Positions 1 to 11,404 of a DNA stretch of 64,000 nt are shown in pieces. The position numbers were made by a program, and so were the translations under genes. The DNA is from Caecitellus pseudoparvulus (lineage: Eukaryota > Protista > Bigyra: Bicosoecida): assembly GCA_965644315.1 (NCBI GenBank), contig CBFFRQ010000013.1:434001-498000 (forward strand), written 5' to 3'. Position 1 is the first letter of the stretch. Every line of letters begins with the position of its first letter. The notes beneath the pieces are model-generated. The model saw only the letters and a list, made by a program, of their open reading frames with translations, searched no databases and was not told where the DNA came from.

Positions 1-2
1 TC

Positions 3-3000
3 CGCGAGAACGCCGACGGCGGGCAGACAGTGTCTGGCGTACAGGCTGTGCCTGTCACGGACGCCGCTGGGCTGGGGGAGGTGCTCAGCACTGGCGCAGC
101 TTCTCGCAGTGTGGGGGCCACCAAGATGAACGCGCAGTCCTCCAGGTCCCATGCCGTGTTCACCATCGCCATGGAGCAGCGGCGGGTAGGCGAGGAGGGG
201 GAGGAGGAGGGAGACGTCCCCGCCTTCACCGCCGCCAAGCTGCACCTGGTGGACCTGGCCGGCAGCGAACGGCAGAAGAAGACGCAGGCCAGTGGTGCCC
301 GCCTGCGGGAGGCCTCCTTCATCAACAAGGGCCTGCTGGCGCTGGGCAACGTGATCAACGCCCTGGCCACCAAGGCGGAGGGTGGGCCCACTCGCCACAT
401 CCCCTACCGTGACTCCAAGCTCACGCGCCTGCTGCAGGACAGCCTGGGCGGCAATGCCGTTACCCTCATGATCGCCGCCATCTCCCCCGCTGACAGCAAT
501 TTTGACGAGACCCTGAACACACTGCGGTACGCCCAGCGGGCACGCAGCATCCAGAACAAAGCCGTTGTGAACACGGACCCCCACACGGCCCAAGTGGTGG
601 CCCTGCAACGGCAGGTGCGCCAGCTGCAGATGGCCCTCCTAGGCGCAGGACGTGGCGCCGCGGCCGCCTCCTCCACCCTCGCCCTGACGTCTGCCGACGC
701 CTGTGCGGGGGCTGGCGAGGCCAGTGCCGGTGGCATGGTGGACACGGACGCTCTCACGGCTGCGCTGGGGCGCGCTGCAGCTGCGGAGCAGCGGGTGGGC
801 GAGCTGAGCGCTGAGTTGGCAGCGGCCCGCACTGCCCTGCACGCGGCGTCAGACGAGGCGAACCGCCTCACAGACGAGCTGGTGGCGGCGCAGACCGAGC
901 GAGACGAGGCACAGTGGAAGTACGAGATGGCAGTGCACGTGACCCTGCCCATGGCGGCGGCGGCGGACACGAAGCCCAAGTCGGCGGAGGAGTCGGTCCC
1001 CGACGTCCTCCGTAGCCGCAATGCCCGCATCGCAGAGCTAGAGGCAGCTCTGGCGCGGGCAACACGGGAGATCGAGCAAGCAGCTGGTCGCGGTGCGACG
1101 CGCGACGTCGCAGCGGCGGGCCCCCGCCCGCCCACCGCCTCGTCCACAGGCCCCAGTCGCACGACACACGCTGCTCGCCGGCCCACAGCGAGCGCTGCTG
1201 GCCCTGAGGCGCAGGGTGAGGGCGCCCAGGCGGAGGTGCCAGCGCAAGCGGACGACGGGGGCGTGGACGAGGAGGAGGCTGCACACATGTCCCGGCAGGC
1301 GTCCATGCGGGCCGAGCTGTCCGCCATCAGCGACCTGCTGGCAGAGAAGGAGAAACTCCTGCGCTCCGTGTCCGCGTCAGGCGCCGGCATGACCAGCCTC
1401 GGCTCTGTGCCAGGCCCCTCTGCAGAGCACGACGCCAAGGTGGCTGCGCTGGAGGCAGAGGTGACCAGCCTGCAGGAACGCCTGCAGGCGGCGGAGGCGG
1501 TGGCGGCCAAGGCGGGTGCCACGCCCACGGCCATCTCCCAGACCGCCACCGCCGCCCTCAAGCGCAGCCTGGCGGCCAAGGAAGCCGCCTTGACCCAGCT
1601 CCGTAGCCGGGTGCAGGACACAGGGCGCCTGCAGCGGCTGAAGGCCAAGGCGGACCGGCGCGCGGAGGACCTGGCCCGCGAGATCCAGAACGTGAAGGCT
1701 GCCCGTGTGGCGCTCCTGCGGCGGCTGAAGGAGGACTCCGCGCGCTTCAAGCAGGCCTCTGCGGCGCGCAAGCGAGAGGTGGCCAGCCTGACCAAGGCCC
1801 GCGCCCGCACAGCCAACGAGCTGGCCAAGCTCAAGAGCGTGCACGAAAAGCAGGCGGCGGTGCTGCGGCGCAAGACGGAGGAGCTGCTGTCTGCCCACCG
1901 CAGCATGCGGGAGGCGGCTGCCAAGGCGCGCAGCAGCTCCAGGACAGCGGCAGGCAGCGGCGGCGCCGGCATGGCCCACGGCAGGGACGCCGGCGGGGCA
2001 GGCGCCCCGGCGGCGGACCCCCAGGTGGCCGCCTTGCTCAGCTGCGAGGATGTGACGGCTGTGAAGCTGCTGACCACCGTGCCAGCGCCAGGGCAGACCC
2101 TGGCGGGTGCGCTGGCCCACGCCAGTGTGCGGCGGGTCCCCCCCTCCGTGCGCGTGGCCCTGACGGGGGAGATCTCCCTCCGCGTCGCCCTGTCCTCCTC
2201 CAAGGACCTGCTGGGCGAACTGCTGGCGAAGCGCAAGGAGCTGGCGGCAGAGGCCAAGGCGGCGCGCGCCCGTGCTGCCGTGGGCAGCCTGACTGCGCGG
2301 CAGCGGGCCAAGCGGGAGGCGGAGGCGGCCCGTGCAGGCCGCACCTTGGAAGCTGAGGTAGCTGAGGCGGAAGCCGAGGCCGCGGAGGCGGCTGCGGGTG
2401 CACAGGCCTTGACGCACCAGATTGCGGACCTGCAAGACAGCATCTCTGCGCTGGATGAGGCGGTGTCCACGGGTGTCTGCGTCGCTCCGACGGCCCCCGC
2501 CGGTGCAGGAGACGGCAAGAAGTGGTCTGCGCTCCTCTCCGACGAACGCTCAGCCAAGCGCACGGTGTGGTGGCTGGCCAACGTCCTGGTGGAGTTCGCC
2601 AAGGGCACTGCCGCTGACCAGGCAGAGATGGAGCAAGCCACGACAGACGCCTTGGCACAGGCCACGGAGGCGGAAGCCGCCGCAGATGCAGCCCGGCGTG
2701 AAGCCCTCACGGCCCAGCAGCGCGCGTCAGCCGCTGAGCGCTCCGCTGAAGAGCGTGTGTTGTTCTGGATGCAGCACCACGGGGCCGCCATGGCTGCCGG
2801 CTTGCAGGAGGACGAAGAGGGGGAGGCAGGTGAGGGTGCGGACACCAGCGCGTCCTCGTCCATGCCATCGCTGGACGAGATCTCCCAGGCCATGGGGCAG
2901 GGGGCAGGGCGCGGCACGCCCAGCAAGGCCCTCTCACCACACAGGAGCTCCACTGCCAACCTGCGATCTCTCATCGCAGCCCAGCAGAAAGAGCTCGCCG

Positions 3001-3899
3001 CTGCCGCCAGTCTGCACGAGGCTGTGGCGAGCCTGGAGGGTGAGCGCAGTGACCTGCAGCTGGCCCTGGCAGATGCACAGGCAGAGCTGAAGCAGGCGGC
3101 AGCTCGCGAGGCGTCCGTGCGGGCCACAGCCGTCGAGCTGCGGAGTGCCCTGGACAAGGCGACGGAGGGCGGGGACGCCTCGCGGGCTGCAGCTGCAGCG
3201 GCGGCTGCAGGCTCCGCCGCCGCCGGCTCCGCCACCACCACCGGGCGCACATCCACAGGGGGCAAAGGCAAGCGCAGCCGGGGCGGCGGTGCCAGCACCA
3301 GCGCAGCGGACGGCGTCGTGTACTACGACGCAGACGACTTTGCCTGGGACTCGGAGGCCAGCGAGGGGCCGGGGGATGACGACAGCGACGACAGCGACTG
3401 GGAGGCGGGGGAGCGGGTTAAGGTGAAGGCGACAGGCGTCACCACCCGCCGCCGCGCCAAGGCCAAGAAGGCTTCCCTCGAGTCCACCACCGGCGGCAAG
3501 GGCAGCAGCAAGAGCAGGCCGGGGGCACGTGGCCCGGGCACCGCCAGCGGCCGCCGGCCAGGGACAGCGGGGGACCCCCCCAAGCCCCGCCCAGCCACCC
3601 ACTCGCAAGGCAGCAAGGGCGATGCCCGACTGGGCGGCCGCAAGCGACCCGCCTTGGGGTCCGTCTCTTCCAACACGCCAGCGACGCGTGCCCCAGGCTC
3701 CAAGGTGGCCCGGGGCGGGGCCAGCCACACTTCCCCCGCGTCCAAGACCCTCTCAAGCAAGGGCCGCACGAGCTTCATCGCCACCTCCAGGAGCGGCAGT
3801 GCCAGCACCAAGCCGGGGCGCAGCCTGTACGCTGCCGCCTCTCGAAAGGGCGCCACCGGCGGGCGGCGCCTGGGCTCCACTGCCTCCAAGATGCTGTGA
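3..3899 (+). CDS. Kinesin-4 family (KIF4/KIF21-like) motor protein, 5'-truncated by window edge
   Basis: Switch I NAQSSRSHAVFTI, switch II LVDLAGSER, INKGLLALGNVI, HIPYRDSKLTRLLQDSLGGN; long coiled coil with kinesin-4-like 'IQNVKAARVALLRRLKED...KQAAVLRRKTEE'; frame is open back to position 3. Confidence 0.9.
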   Translation, partial: RENADGGQTVSGVQAVPVTDAAGLGEVLSTGAASRSVGATKMNAQSSRSHAVFTIAMEQRRVGEEGEEEGDVPAFTAAKLHLVDLAGSERQKKTQASGARLREASFINKGLLALGNVINALATKAEGGPTRHIPYRDSKLTRLLQDSLGGNAVTLMIAAISPADSNFDETLNTLRYAQRARSIQNKAVVNTDPHTAQVVALQRQVRQLQMALLGAGRGAAAASSTLALTSADACAGAGEASAGGMVDTDALTAALGRAAAAEQRVGELSAELAAARTALHAASDEANRLTDELVAAQTERDEAQWKYEMAVHVTLPMAAAADTKPKSAEESVPDVLRSRNARIAELEAALARATREIEQAAGRGATRDVAAAGPRPPTASSTGPSRTTHAARRPTASAAGPEAQGEGAQAEVPAQADDGGVDEEEAAHMSRQASMRAELSAISDLLAEKEKLLRSVSASGAGMTSLGSVPGPSAEHDAKVAALEAEVTSLQERLQAAEAVAAKAGATPTAISQTATAALKRSLAAKEAALTQLRSRVQDTGRLQRLKAKADRRAEDLAREIQNVKAARVALLRRLKEDSARFKQASAARKREVASLTKARARTANELAKLKSVHEKQAAVLRRKTEELLSAHRSMREAAAKARSSSRTAAGSGGAGMAHGRDAGGAGAPAADPQVAALLSCEDVTAVKLLTTVPAPGQTLAGALAHASVRRVPPSVRVALTGEISLRVALSSSKDLLGELLAKRKELAAEAKAARARAAVGSLTARQRAKREAEAARAGRTLEAEVAEAEAEAAEAAAGAQALTHQIADLQDSISALDEAVSTGVCVAPTAPAGAGDGKKWSALLSDERSAKRTVWWLANVLVEFAKGTAADQAEMEQATTDALAQATEAEAAADAARREALTAQQRASAAERSAEERVLFWMQHHGAAMAAGLQEDEEGEAGEGADTSASSSMPSLDEISQAMGQGAGRGTPSKALSPHRSSTANLRSLIAAQQKELAAAASLHEAVASLEGERSDLQLALADAQAELKQAAAREASVRATAVELRSALDKATEGGDASRAAAAAAAAGSAAAGSATTTGRTSTGGKGKRSRGGGASTSAADGVVYYDADDFAWDSEASEGPGDDDSDDSDWEAGERVKVKATGVTTRRRAKAKKASLESTTGGKGSSKSRPGARGPGTASGRRPGTAGDPPKPRPATHSQGSKGDARLGGRKRPALGSVSSNTPATRAPGSKVARGGASHTSPASKTLSSKGRTSFIATSRSGSASTKPGRSLYAAASRKGATGGRRLGSTASKML

Positions 3900-3956
3900 G
3901 CGGTGGAGGCGCGGCGGCGCGTCGCCGAGCCTTGGCTCAGCCTTGCCAGCTGACGT

Positions 3957-3966
3957 CAATGCATTG
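3957..3966. terminator. Palindromic CAATGCATTG: candidate bidirectional 3'-processing (AATGCA) signal between convergent genes
   Basis: 58 nt after the kinesin stop and 11 nt after the carnitine acyltransferase stop; the same hexamer recurs at many gene ends. Confidence 0.5.
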
Positions 3967-3976
3967 CCTGTGCACG

Positions 3977-6385
3977 TCACAGCTTGGAGGCGCCCGCGAC
4001 GTAGATGACGCTGCGGCTGAGGCAGACCTTCTGGATGTCGATGAGGGCCTGCTCCAGGGCACGGCAGAAGCGGCTGGCACTGGTGTTGGGGTCCTTGTTG
4101 TTGGCGGTCACGGAGAATTTGAGCAGCTCGTCACGCATGGAGTAGCAGATGCCGTACCCGTCCTCATGCATGGCCATGAACCCGCCAAACATAGGGGACG
4201 ACTTCATGGAGATGTTGGAGGTGGACAGGCGGTACTTGCGGGAGGCCAGGAAGGCCTTGTCCGTGAACAGAGACGGCAGGGGGTCCATGCCGCTCATGAC
4301 GGCGGCCACGTACAGCCCCAAAAAGTGGCGGTCCACGCCCTGCCCCAGCAGAGCATCCTTCGCTGTCTCTCGGTGTGCGCTCATGGCGGCCTGCAGAGCC
4401 TCATACTTCTCCTTGTCCTGTGCAAAGGGGTGTGTGTGTGTGTGCGGGTGAGGGGGGGCAACAGAGGGTTGCGCGCGTGGGGGGCCGCACCGTGGCTGTC
4501 TTGCTGCACATGGCATCTGTGAAGGCAATGCTCTCCTTGCACGTGGTGCGGATGGTCTCCGTGCGGCCGTGGTAGAACAGGCGGGTGTGGGCAGACTCAT
4601 ACGTGGCAGCGACCTCCCCAGGGTGCAGGCGGGCCCAGGCCAGCTGGATGGCCATCTGGCACACGCTGTCGGCGATGAGGCGGTAGCGCTTGAAGAAGCC
4701 CTTGCCAAAGTGGTTGAACTCCACGACGTCCAGATCCACAGTGCTCACCAGCTGGAAGAGGTCAGCGCTGGCCTCCTCGATGGCCCCCTGCAGGTGCGTG
4801 TCCAGCTTGAACGTGACACGGGTGGGGGACACCAGGTCTGTGGCGGCCAGGTCCTCCGCCGTCGGCAGGCGCGGCGGCCCGTACTTGCTGATGTGCTCAT
4901 CGGCCTCCTCCATGGCCAGGTCAAAGGCGCGCACAACCACCATGGCATCCGCCCACGTATGCTCGCCGTTTGTACCGCCCTTGCCGTTCCTGAACTGCAC
5001 CAGGGTCACTGGCTTGTCAAACCACTTGTTCGAGCCGTCGCCGTGCAGGCAGGCCCGCGCACGCGCAGCGAGGTCATCTGGTGCAGGCGTGGTCTGGTCC
5101 AGGGACACGTGGAAGACGGCCTTCTCAATGAGGTCCAAGTTCTTGGCATTCGTGGGGTCCAGCTCTTGCAGGTGCTCCCGAGCCTGCGCCCACTTTGTGC
5201 GGTTTGTCCCAGTCAGCTTGCTCAGCGGCGCCTCTTGGTCAAACTCGAAGCGAGTCACGCCTTCTTGCAGCACCCGCTGGAATTGGCTGTGGACCGGAGG
5301 GGTGTGCAGGGGTGTGTCCCGTTGCTCCCCTTGGCACAGCGTGGGGCGAGGCTGCACGCGCTTGAGCAGGCACGCACATGGTGAGCTGATCGGGGGACAT
5401 GATGTTCCCATACTTGTCCAGGACGTCAAAGGCGTAGAACTTGTTCTCCAGCAGCACGATGATGTGGCGGTAGTCCCGCGGCTCCCACTCCACAAGCTCG
5501 TCTGTGTGCTCGCCGGGGACTCGACACACGCTGAACATGCGCCTGTACTGCGCCATGCACAGGGGCTGCCCCGCCATTTTCTCCGGCTGCAGCGTTCCAT
5601 CCAGCACCTTTTGCCGGAAGCGCAGCAGGAAGTAAGACACGACACCCGCACCTGTGGCGGGAGCAGTGAGCCAGTGCGTTGGAGAGCAGGGGTGTGTAGA
5701 CTTGCGAGGCAGAGTCCTGAGCGCAGTGCCACACACTCTGTGCCTGTGTCAAGTCTTGTGCGCCCCATGACCCCGGCAGCACCCCGTAGAAGTTCACGTT
5801 CACAGCAATGGGCTCCCTGCGCCAGTTGGGAGGCGAAAGTATGTGTGCTGAAGCGGGCGCCGAGTGCAGCTGTTCAGCCGTCGCACCTCCACATCAGGTA
5901 GGCGTACTCTTCCCACCATTGCTCGATCTGTGCATCGCCACCGAAAGTGGGGTTGAGGCGTGGGGCGCTGGCGGTAGCTTGGCGTGCCCAGCATCGGAAA
6001 ATGAAGGCTCAAGTGCAGTGCAGCAAGCACCACAGCAGAGAAGCTCGTCGGCCTGTGCGAGCGCTCAGAACGGCAGACAGCGCGGATCGCTGCCCAAGCC
6101 ACACAAACAGCACAACTACACCTCGTGGAAACGCACCCAGTTGCGGGAATCAGAAGCTCGGTCCTCCAGGATAGCCTGCAGTTCTGGGCCCCGTGTACGC
6201 TGAAAGTCCGCAATGACTGCCTTGGTATGCTGCAGCTCCTCAGGGCTCAGGAAGACCTCCGCAGACTTCAGAAAGCGTCGCATTGTGTCCTCTAGGGCAG
6301 GAACTGGGAGCGAGGGCAGGTCATCTTGGTACTGCCACAGGCTCTGCTTCGAAGCACTGCCGTCTCCGGTTGCAGCAGCTGCCAT
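3977..6385 (-). CDS. Carnitine O-acyltransferase (CrAT/CROT family), peroxisomal (C-terminal SKL); about 6 exons
   Basis: LPSLPVPALEDT, NW|IEQWWEEYAYL, PLCMAQY, catalytic EHTWADA, TYESAHTRLFYHGRTETIR, GVDRHF, LSTS; GT-AG introns join the ORF fragments; ends GASKL. Confidence 0.9.
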
Positions 6386-6615
6386 GTCCGGCTGGTGCTG
6401 CTGGCTTGTGACGTCTGCAGGTGACGCTGAACGGTCCAGGGCTGCCAGGGCCTCTTGCACAAGCACAATGAGGCATGAACATTGGATTGGAACAGTCAAG
6501 TTTGCCCTTCCATGGCATTTGGCGCGCCTACTCTGCGCGGCACCTCGCGTCGCCAAGTCAGCCCACACACTCGACTCAGAATTCAAGACTCGCCTGCCTC
6601 CCACTACCACCGCAT

Positions 6616-8301
6616 TCATGCACACCCTGGACGGACAGCACTGGCGATGACCGCCCTATCCTCGTCGCTCACCACGGCATCCTCCACCACTTCTTCCAGC
6701 CGCTGCTGCAGGTTCGGTGCGTGGGCTTCTGCTGCGCCGCCCGCCACAGCGCCCACGGTGCTGGCACACACAGCCCCTGAGTCCACGCTGGAGGGCGTGG
6801 ACGAGACAACAGTGCTGGCGTCGTCACTCCGCCACGAAAAGGCAGGGGCAGTCGACACATGGCGTGCCACGGCGGCCCAGGGCGTGGCTCCCAGCGCTGT
6901 GTGCGCCACCTCCCCCTCCTCCAAAGGGCCCTGCGCCTCACCGCCACCCGACAACTCTGCATCCACATCTTCCAGCACAGGCACGGCTGCCACCCGCTGC
7001 ACATTGATGCCGGACCATTGGCCGGCCGGTGATGGTGATGGAGGAGCCTCCTCCGCAGCCTCGCGCCACAGGAAGGGGCGGGGGCGCCAGCCAGACCCCG
7101 CAGTGTACTGTGCGGCCACGGGTCCATGCACAGCACACACATGGGACGGGTGCAGTGGGGGCAAGGGTGCTCTGCCTTGGGCATGCAGCCAGTCCGGAAC
7201 GGCAGCGTCTAATCCACTGCACTCTTGCCACCCTGCAGCCTGAGGCCCTTGCCTCTCAGCTGAAGGGGGCGCGTCGCTGAGTTCCGGAGCAGCATACACA
7301 GCGAGCGCAGCATCAGCTTGTTCGCCTTCGGGCACCCCCCTCGCCAAGCCGCGGTGGTGTGTGACGCCCACGACGTGGGGTGAGCAGGCACTGGCGTGGT
7401 CCACTGGGGCCACTGGCTCGCTTGCCAAGCGCAGTGCACAGGTGCACACCGGCAAAGCAGCCTCAGGAACAGTTTGCGTGGCCCGGGGTGGCACCACGGC
7501 GATGCTGGGCCCTGTGGTGGTCCCCTCCGGGGCGGCATCCCCCCACTGCACCCGCACAGTGGCCGCGCTGGGGTCACCGACGAAATGCAGCCAGTCCCGC
7601 ACAGCAGCTTGCGCCTCCCGTGCGAGGGTCTGCATCTGGTACCGCTGCTTTCTGCGCCCTTCCGGCACGCCTTGGCGGCGTTCGTCAACTTGGCCTCGGG
7701 GGGGCAGGTATGCTGGGGGGTAGCCGAGGCGACGCTGGCGCTGCAGGAGGGCCCTGGGCAGGACATCGAACCAAGTCGACTCCGAGGAAGTGTGGCGGGG
7801 CTGCTGGGACAAGGCATCCACGAGCTCGGCGCTGAGGGTGGGGGGAGGGGCTTGGAACTTGCTGGGTAGCGGCGGACGAGGGGCTCGTTGCCGTGAACCA
7901 GGCGCATTATGGTAGCGCTGGGCGGGCCCACCATCTCCCGTGCGGAGCGCCCCGAAAATGCGACGGCGCTCCGCAAATGCTGCAGGGTTCCTCGGTGCGG
8001 GGCAAGCGCTTGCTTCGTGGCCGGCTTGACCGCAATTCCAACAAACACTTGACGCGTCCAATGCCGCTTGCAGGGCCTCTCTGCCGCTTGGGCTCATCAC
8101 GCCTGCCTCATAGTGCACCTCATACAAGGGAACAGACGGCTCATTCCGCTGCTGAGCTTGGCTGTGCTGTAGGTGCCTCGAGTCATCAGTCTGCAGACCA
8201 GCGTGGGAGTTGCGGAATTTGGGTGCCGGCAAGAGGAGCGACACTGCGCCACGCACAGAAGCAGAGTCGAGCACAACCCAGGAGTCTGTGCCCAACGACA
8301 T
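6616..8301 (-). CDS. ZCCHC8: ZCCHC8-like zinc-knuckle/PSP-domain protein (NEXT complex subunit); start uncertain
   Basis: CCHC knuckle CWNCGQAGHEASAC followed by PSP-like 'PPTLSAELVDAL...RQRRLGYPPAYL'. Confidence 0.7.
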   Translation of the reverse strand: MSLGTDSWVVLDSASVRGAVSLLLPAPKFRNSHAGLQTDDSRHLQHSQAQQRNEPSVPLYEVHYEAGVMSPSGREALQAALDASSVCWNCGQAGHEASACPAPRNPAAFAERRRIFGALRTGDGGPAQRYHNAPGSRQRAPRPPLPSKFQAPPPTLSAELVDALSQQPRHTSSESTWFDVLPRALLQRQRRLGYPPAYLPPRGQVDERRQGVPEGRRKQRYQMQTLAREAQAAVRDWLHFVGDPSAATVRVQWGDAAPEGTTTGPSIAVVPPRATQTVPEAALPVCTCALRLASEPVAPVDHASACSPHVVGVTHHRGLARGVPEGEQADAALAVYAAPELSDAPPSAERQGPQAAGWQECSGLDAAVPDWLHAQGRAPLPPLHPSHVCAVHGPVAAQYTAGSGWRPRPFLWREAAEEAPPSPSPAGQWSGINVQRVAAVPVLEDVDAELSGGGEAQGPLEEGEVAHTALGATPWAAVARHVSTAPAFSWRSDDASTVVSSTPSSVDSGAVCASTVGAVAGGAAEAHAPNLQQRLEEVVEDAVVSDEDRAVIASAVRPGCA

Positions 8302-8683
8302 TGCTGAGTGTAGAACACTTTGCGTGCCCCAAGTTGCAGTGGGATTCAGCTGCGTGCTTGAAGGTCGCTGCCGCAGCAGTGTGTGCCAGCAGGCGGTGAC
8401 GCTGGCGTGCGGGAGCCACTTGCGCAGCCCTTGCTGACGCATGGGCTGCCAAACACACTGGGAGGATCTTATAAAGGTGTGAGTATGTTGCTGTGTGCAG
8501 TTCAGGAATGCAGCGTCTGTGTATGTGCAAGGTGCGGCTTCAGTTCAGATCAGGTGTCTTGAGCTGCAGCTGCAAAGGGGGGAGAATTGGCGTCGTTGGA
8601 AGCAGCAGACGACCCACAGCAAAAAACAACTATCCCTAACCCCCCTACCTTGCGAACGCATTCAACGGGCCACTCGAACCAGC

Positions 8684-8708
8684 CACAGCACAGCACAGCA
8701 CAGCACAG
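8684..8708. repeat. (CACAG)5 microsatellite in the divergent ZCCHC8/LSM14 promoter region
   Basis: Five exact tandem CACAG units. Confidence 0.9.
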
Positions 8709-8806
8709 CATAGCTTGAGCCGAGCAGCGTTTCAGACGCTCCAACGCACCCCTTGCCAGACAAGCTCGAAATCGCCGAGGCCGCCGCGAAGATTCCCAGA
8801 ATTAGA

Positions 8807-10183
8807 ATGGCAGAGTACATTGGTTGCAAGACAAGCCTCATCACCTCCTCTGGTGTTCGCTATGAGGTGAGCTTCGATGCATGCGCGGCGGGAGTGTCGC
8901 CACGCCACGGCACGCCACGCCATACCTATTGCGCTACTGCTTGCTGTAGGGCAAGGTGCATTCGATGGACCACACGAAGGGTACACTGACCCTGCAAGAT
9001 GGTGTGTATGCGATGATCAACGTCCATCATGTGTTCAGTGTGGCTGACAGCGTCCGCCTCTACTCTGTGCACAGTTGTGGTTTTTGGCACGGAGGACCGT
9101 CCAGTGCAGGGTCCCGTCATCCCCAAAGCTGACGTCGTGTACGAATTCTTGGTATTTGATGCTGCTTCTGTCCAGAAGTTGGACTTTGTTGATCCAGTCC
9201 CTACGGCAACAAGCGTAAGGCTTCCCGGCCCTGCCCGCCACCGTGGACAAACCCAGCACAGGTCCACGTTCCTTTACTTGCAGATCCCTGACCCAGGCGT
9301 GGTGGAGGCTGGGCAGTCCAGGCCGCTGGAAGCCACTTCGCACTCCCAGCAGCGCACTGACCCGTGGGGTCAGGCCACACACCATGCAGGAGCGGGGCCT
9401 GACGCGCCTGGCTCCTGGCGCACGGCGGCGCCGGCTCCCCGCCAGGAGCGGCGCCAGGAGCGCCATCGCCATGGCCACCATGGCCACCATAGCCATCGAG
9501 ACTCCCGCCGGGGTGGCGATGGTGGGAGCCACACTCGAGCTGGGCGCGGGGACCACCTGGTCGGCGCCAAGGAGCTTGACGGTGACCCCTCGGCCCCTGA
9601 GCCTGTGGATGGCGAGTTTGACTTCCAGTCAGCGAACGCGAAGTTTGACAAAGAAGCTGTTTTTGAAGAGCTGAGTCAAGAACAGCAGCACAGGGACGTG
9701 CCTGGCATGCCAGCTGTAGCCGTCGCAGCCCCTGGCGAGAGCACAGCAGCGGTCCCTGCGGCATACAACAAGACGTCTTCCTTCTTTGATACCCTGTCGT
9801 CCGATGCCTCGGACCGCGCACAGGGCATTGACGCTCGACCGGACCGCGCCAAGCTTCGCGCGTGAGTTTCATCTCTCTGCTCCGCCCCACCCCGTCTCGG
9901 CATGCATCGCTTTTCCCGCTCCCCCTTGCTCCACAGCGTGAACGTGGAAACGTTTGGATCTGAGGGGCTCAAGACGAGGCAAAGTGGTGGTGGGCGGGGT
10001 CGTGGCCGCTCACATGGTTATCACAGTCGAGGGCGAGGTGGATATGGTGGCGGCGGAGGCTACTCAGGCCATCGCTCCACAGGGAGGAGGGGTGGTGGTT
10101 ACCGTGGAGGGTATGGCGGCGGCGGCGGCGGCGGTGGCGGCTCTCGGCGAAGGTATGGCTCTGGTGACCCATCGAAGGACTAG
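8807..10183 (+). CDS. LSM14: LSM14/Scd6/RAP55 mRNA decapping and P-body protein; multi-exon
   Basis: LSm domain YIGCKTSLITSSGVRYE|G...VVFGTEDR; FDF motif (EFDFQSANAKFDK), FFD box (YNKTSSFFDTLS), TFG box (NVETFG), RGG tail. Confidence 0.92.
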
Positions 10184-10438
10184 TGTGCATTGCTGTGAGT
10201 GACTCTCTCCGCCCGCGAGCTTCCGTGTTTGCCTCCGATGATGATAGACAGCATTGTTCCTGACGTGCCTCGGCGCGGTGTAGATTAGCTTATTAGACAT
10301 GCATCTTAGGAGCGAACCCTGGGACTGGATCCCGCCCACGGGTACCCCCGTCTACGCCCAACAGCCCAAGTACCGCACCGTACTCCTCCTCGCAGACCAG
10401 GCAAGCGGGCTTGCCCCCTTCTCAATGCATGCAGAGCC

Positions 10439-11306
10439 TTACGGCGCAAGGGCAACGTCGGCATCTTCACCACCCTCCTCACCCCCATCTTGCTCTGAGT
10501 CTTCTGCCTGGTCCAAAGGCTGCCCCAGCGCCTGCTCCACATGCCGCACCACCGCGTCCACCTGCTCAGCTTGCGAGTGCAGCAGCTGGGAGTCGCGCTG
10601 CCGTCCCCGCACGCTGTCTTGAAGAGAGCCCCCACGCTTTGCAGCATCTTCTTCCTGCACTTGCGCTTCGCGTTCCACGTGCTCCCAAAAGAACCCCCCG
10701 AAAGGCGTGTGGCCTCGCTCGCCCTCCAAGTGCTCAGTGCATGCCTTCACCGCAGCAGCCACCTTTCTCTGCACGCGGGGGTTCAGCAGGGTTTCCACAA
10801 GCACCCAGACCCCACGAAGTGCGCCTCAGATAGACTTACCAGCCTGCTGGCGATGACAGCATGCAAAGAGGGACACTGCAAGATGCTACCGTTCAAGCAG
10901 TACCAGACACACACTGTGCTGTGGTCGGCATCTGCCGCTTGGGATGTGGCCTGGCGCTCTTCAATCAGGAGGAGCTCAGGGGACACAGTCTTCACCCCGA
11001 CAAACTGCCGGGCACTGCACGAGGGGGGAGGGGACGTGCTGTGGGCGAGGATCGGCAAGGGGGCAGCCGTGGGCTTACCCTGGCAGGCGCTGCCTGGCAG
11101 TATAGAAGGGTGACAGGGAAAAGTAAGCCACCACATTATCAACCGACAAGCCATTCGCGTTGAGGAATCCGTCGTCCCGAAAGACGTCCTCTGCAAGAGA
11201 GCATGCATGCGAGGAGTTTCGTGCGGAAATTGACACACCCAGACACAGCATACACACCCAAACTGGCCCCTACCACTGAGGAGGGTGTGCTCGAAGCCTC
11301 TGCCAT
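10439..11306 (-). CDS. MED6: Mediator subunit 6; about 4 exons, 3' end uncertain
   Basis: FRDDGFL...NVVAYFSLSPFY and 'PELLLIEE...VWYCLNGSILQCPSLHAVIASRL' match the Med6 pattern; GT-AG introns restore frame. Confidence 0.75.
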
Positions 11307-11404
11307 GGTGCAAGTTAGACAACCAAGACACCAAGGCTCAATACAAACGGCCCCAAGCACACGGCTCTCAAGTGAATGTGGTGAGAAGCGTGCATTGGCA
11401 GTGC

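Noticed and set aside
404-3298. 964-aa antisense ORF, and many other long shadow ORFs (e.g. 34162-35511)
   Set aside because: Expected by-product of high GC3 on the coding strand; no motifs
8634-8642. CCCTAACCC, an alternative telomerase template or telomeric seed
   Set aside because: No downstream pseudoknot, enclosing helix or T-run seen; a single short match
10238-10263. Possible C/D snoRNA (ATGATGA ... CTGA) between LSM14 and MED6
   Set aside because: Boxes are only about 15 nt apart, with no distal D box or terminal stem
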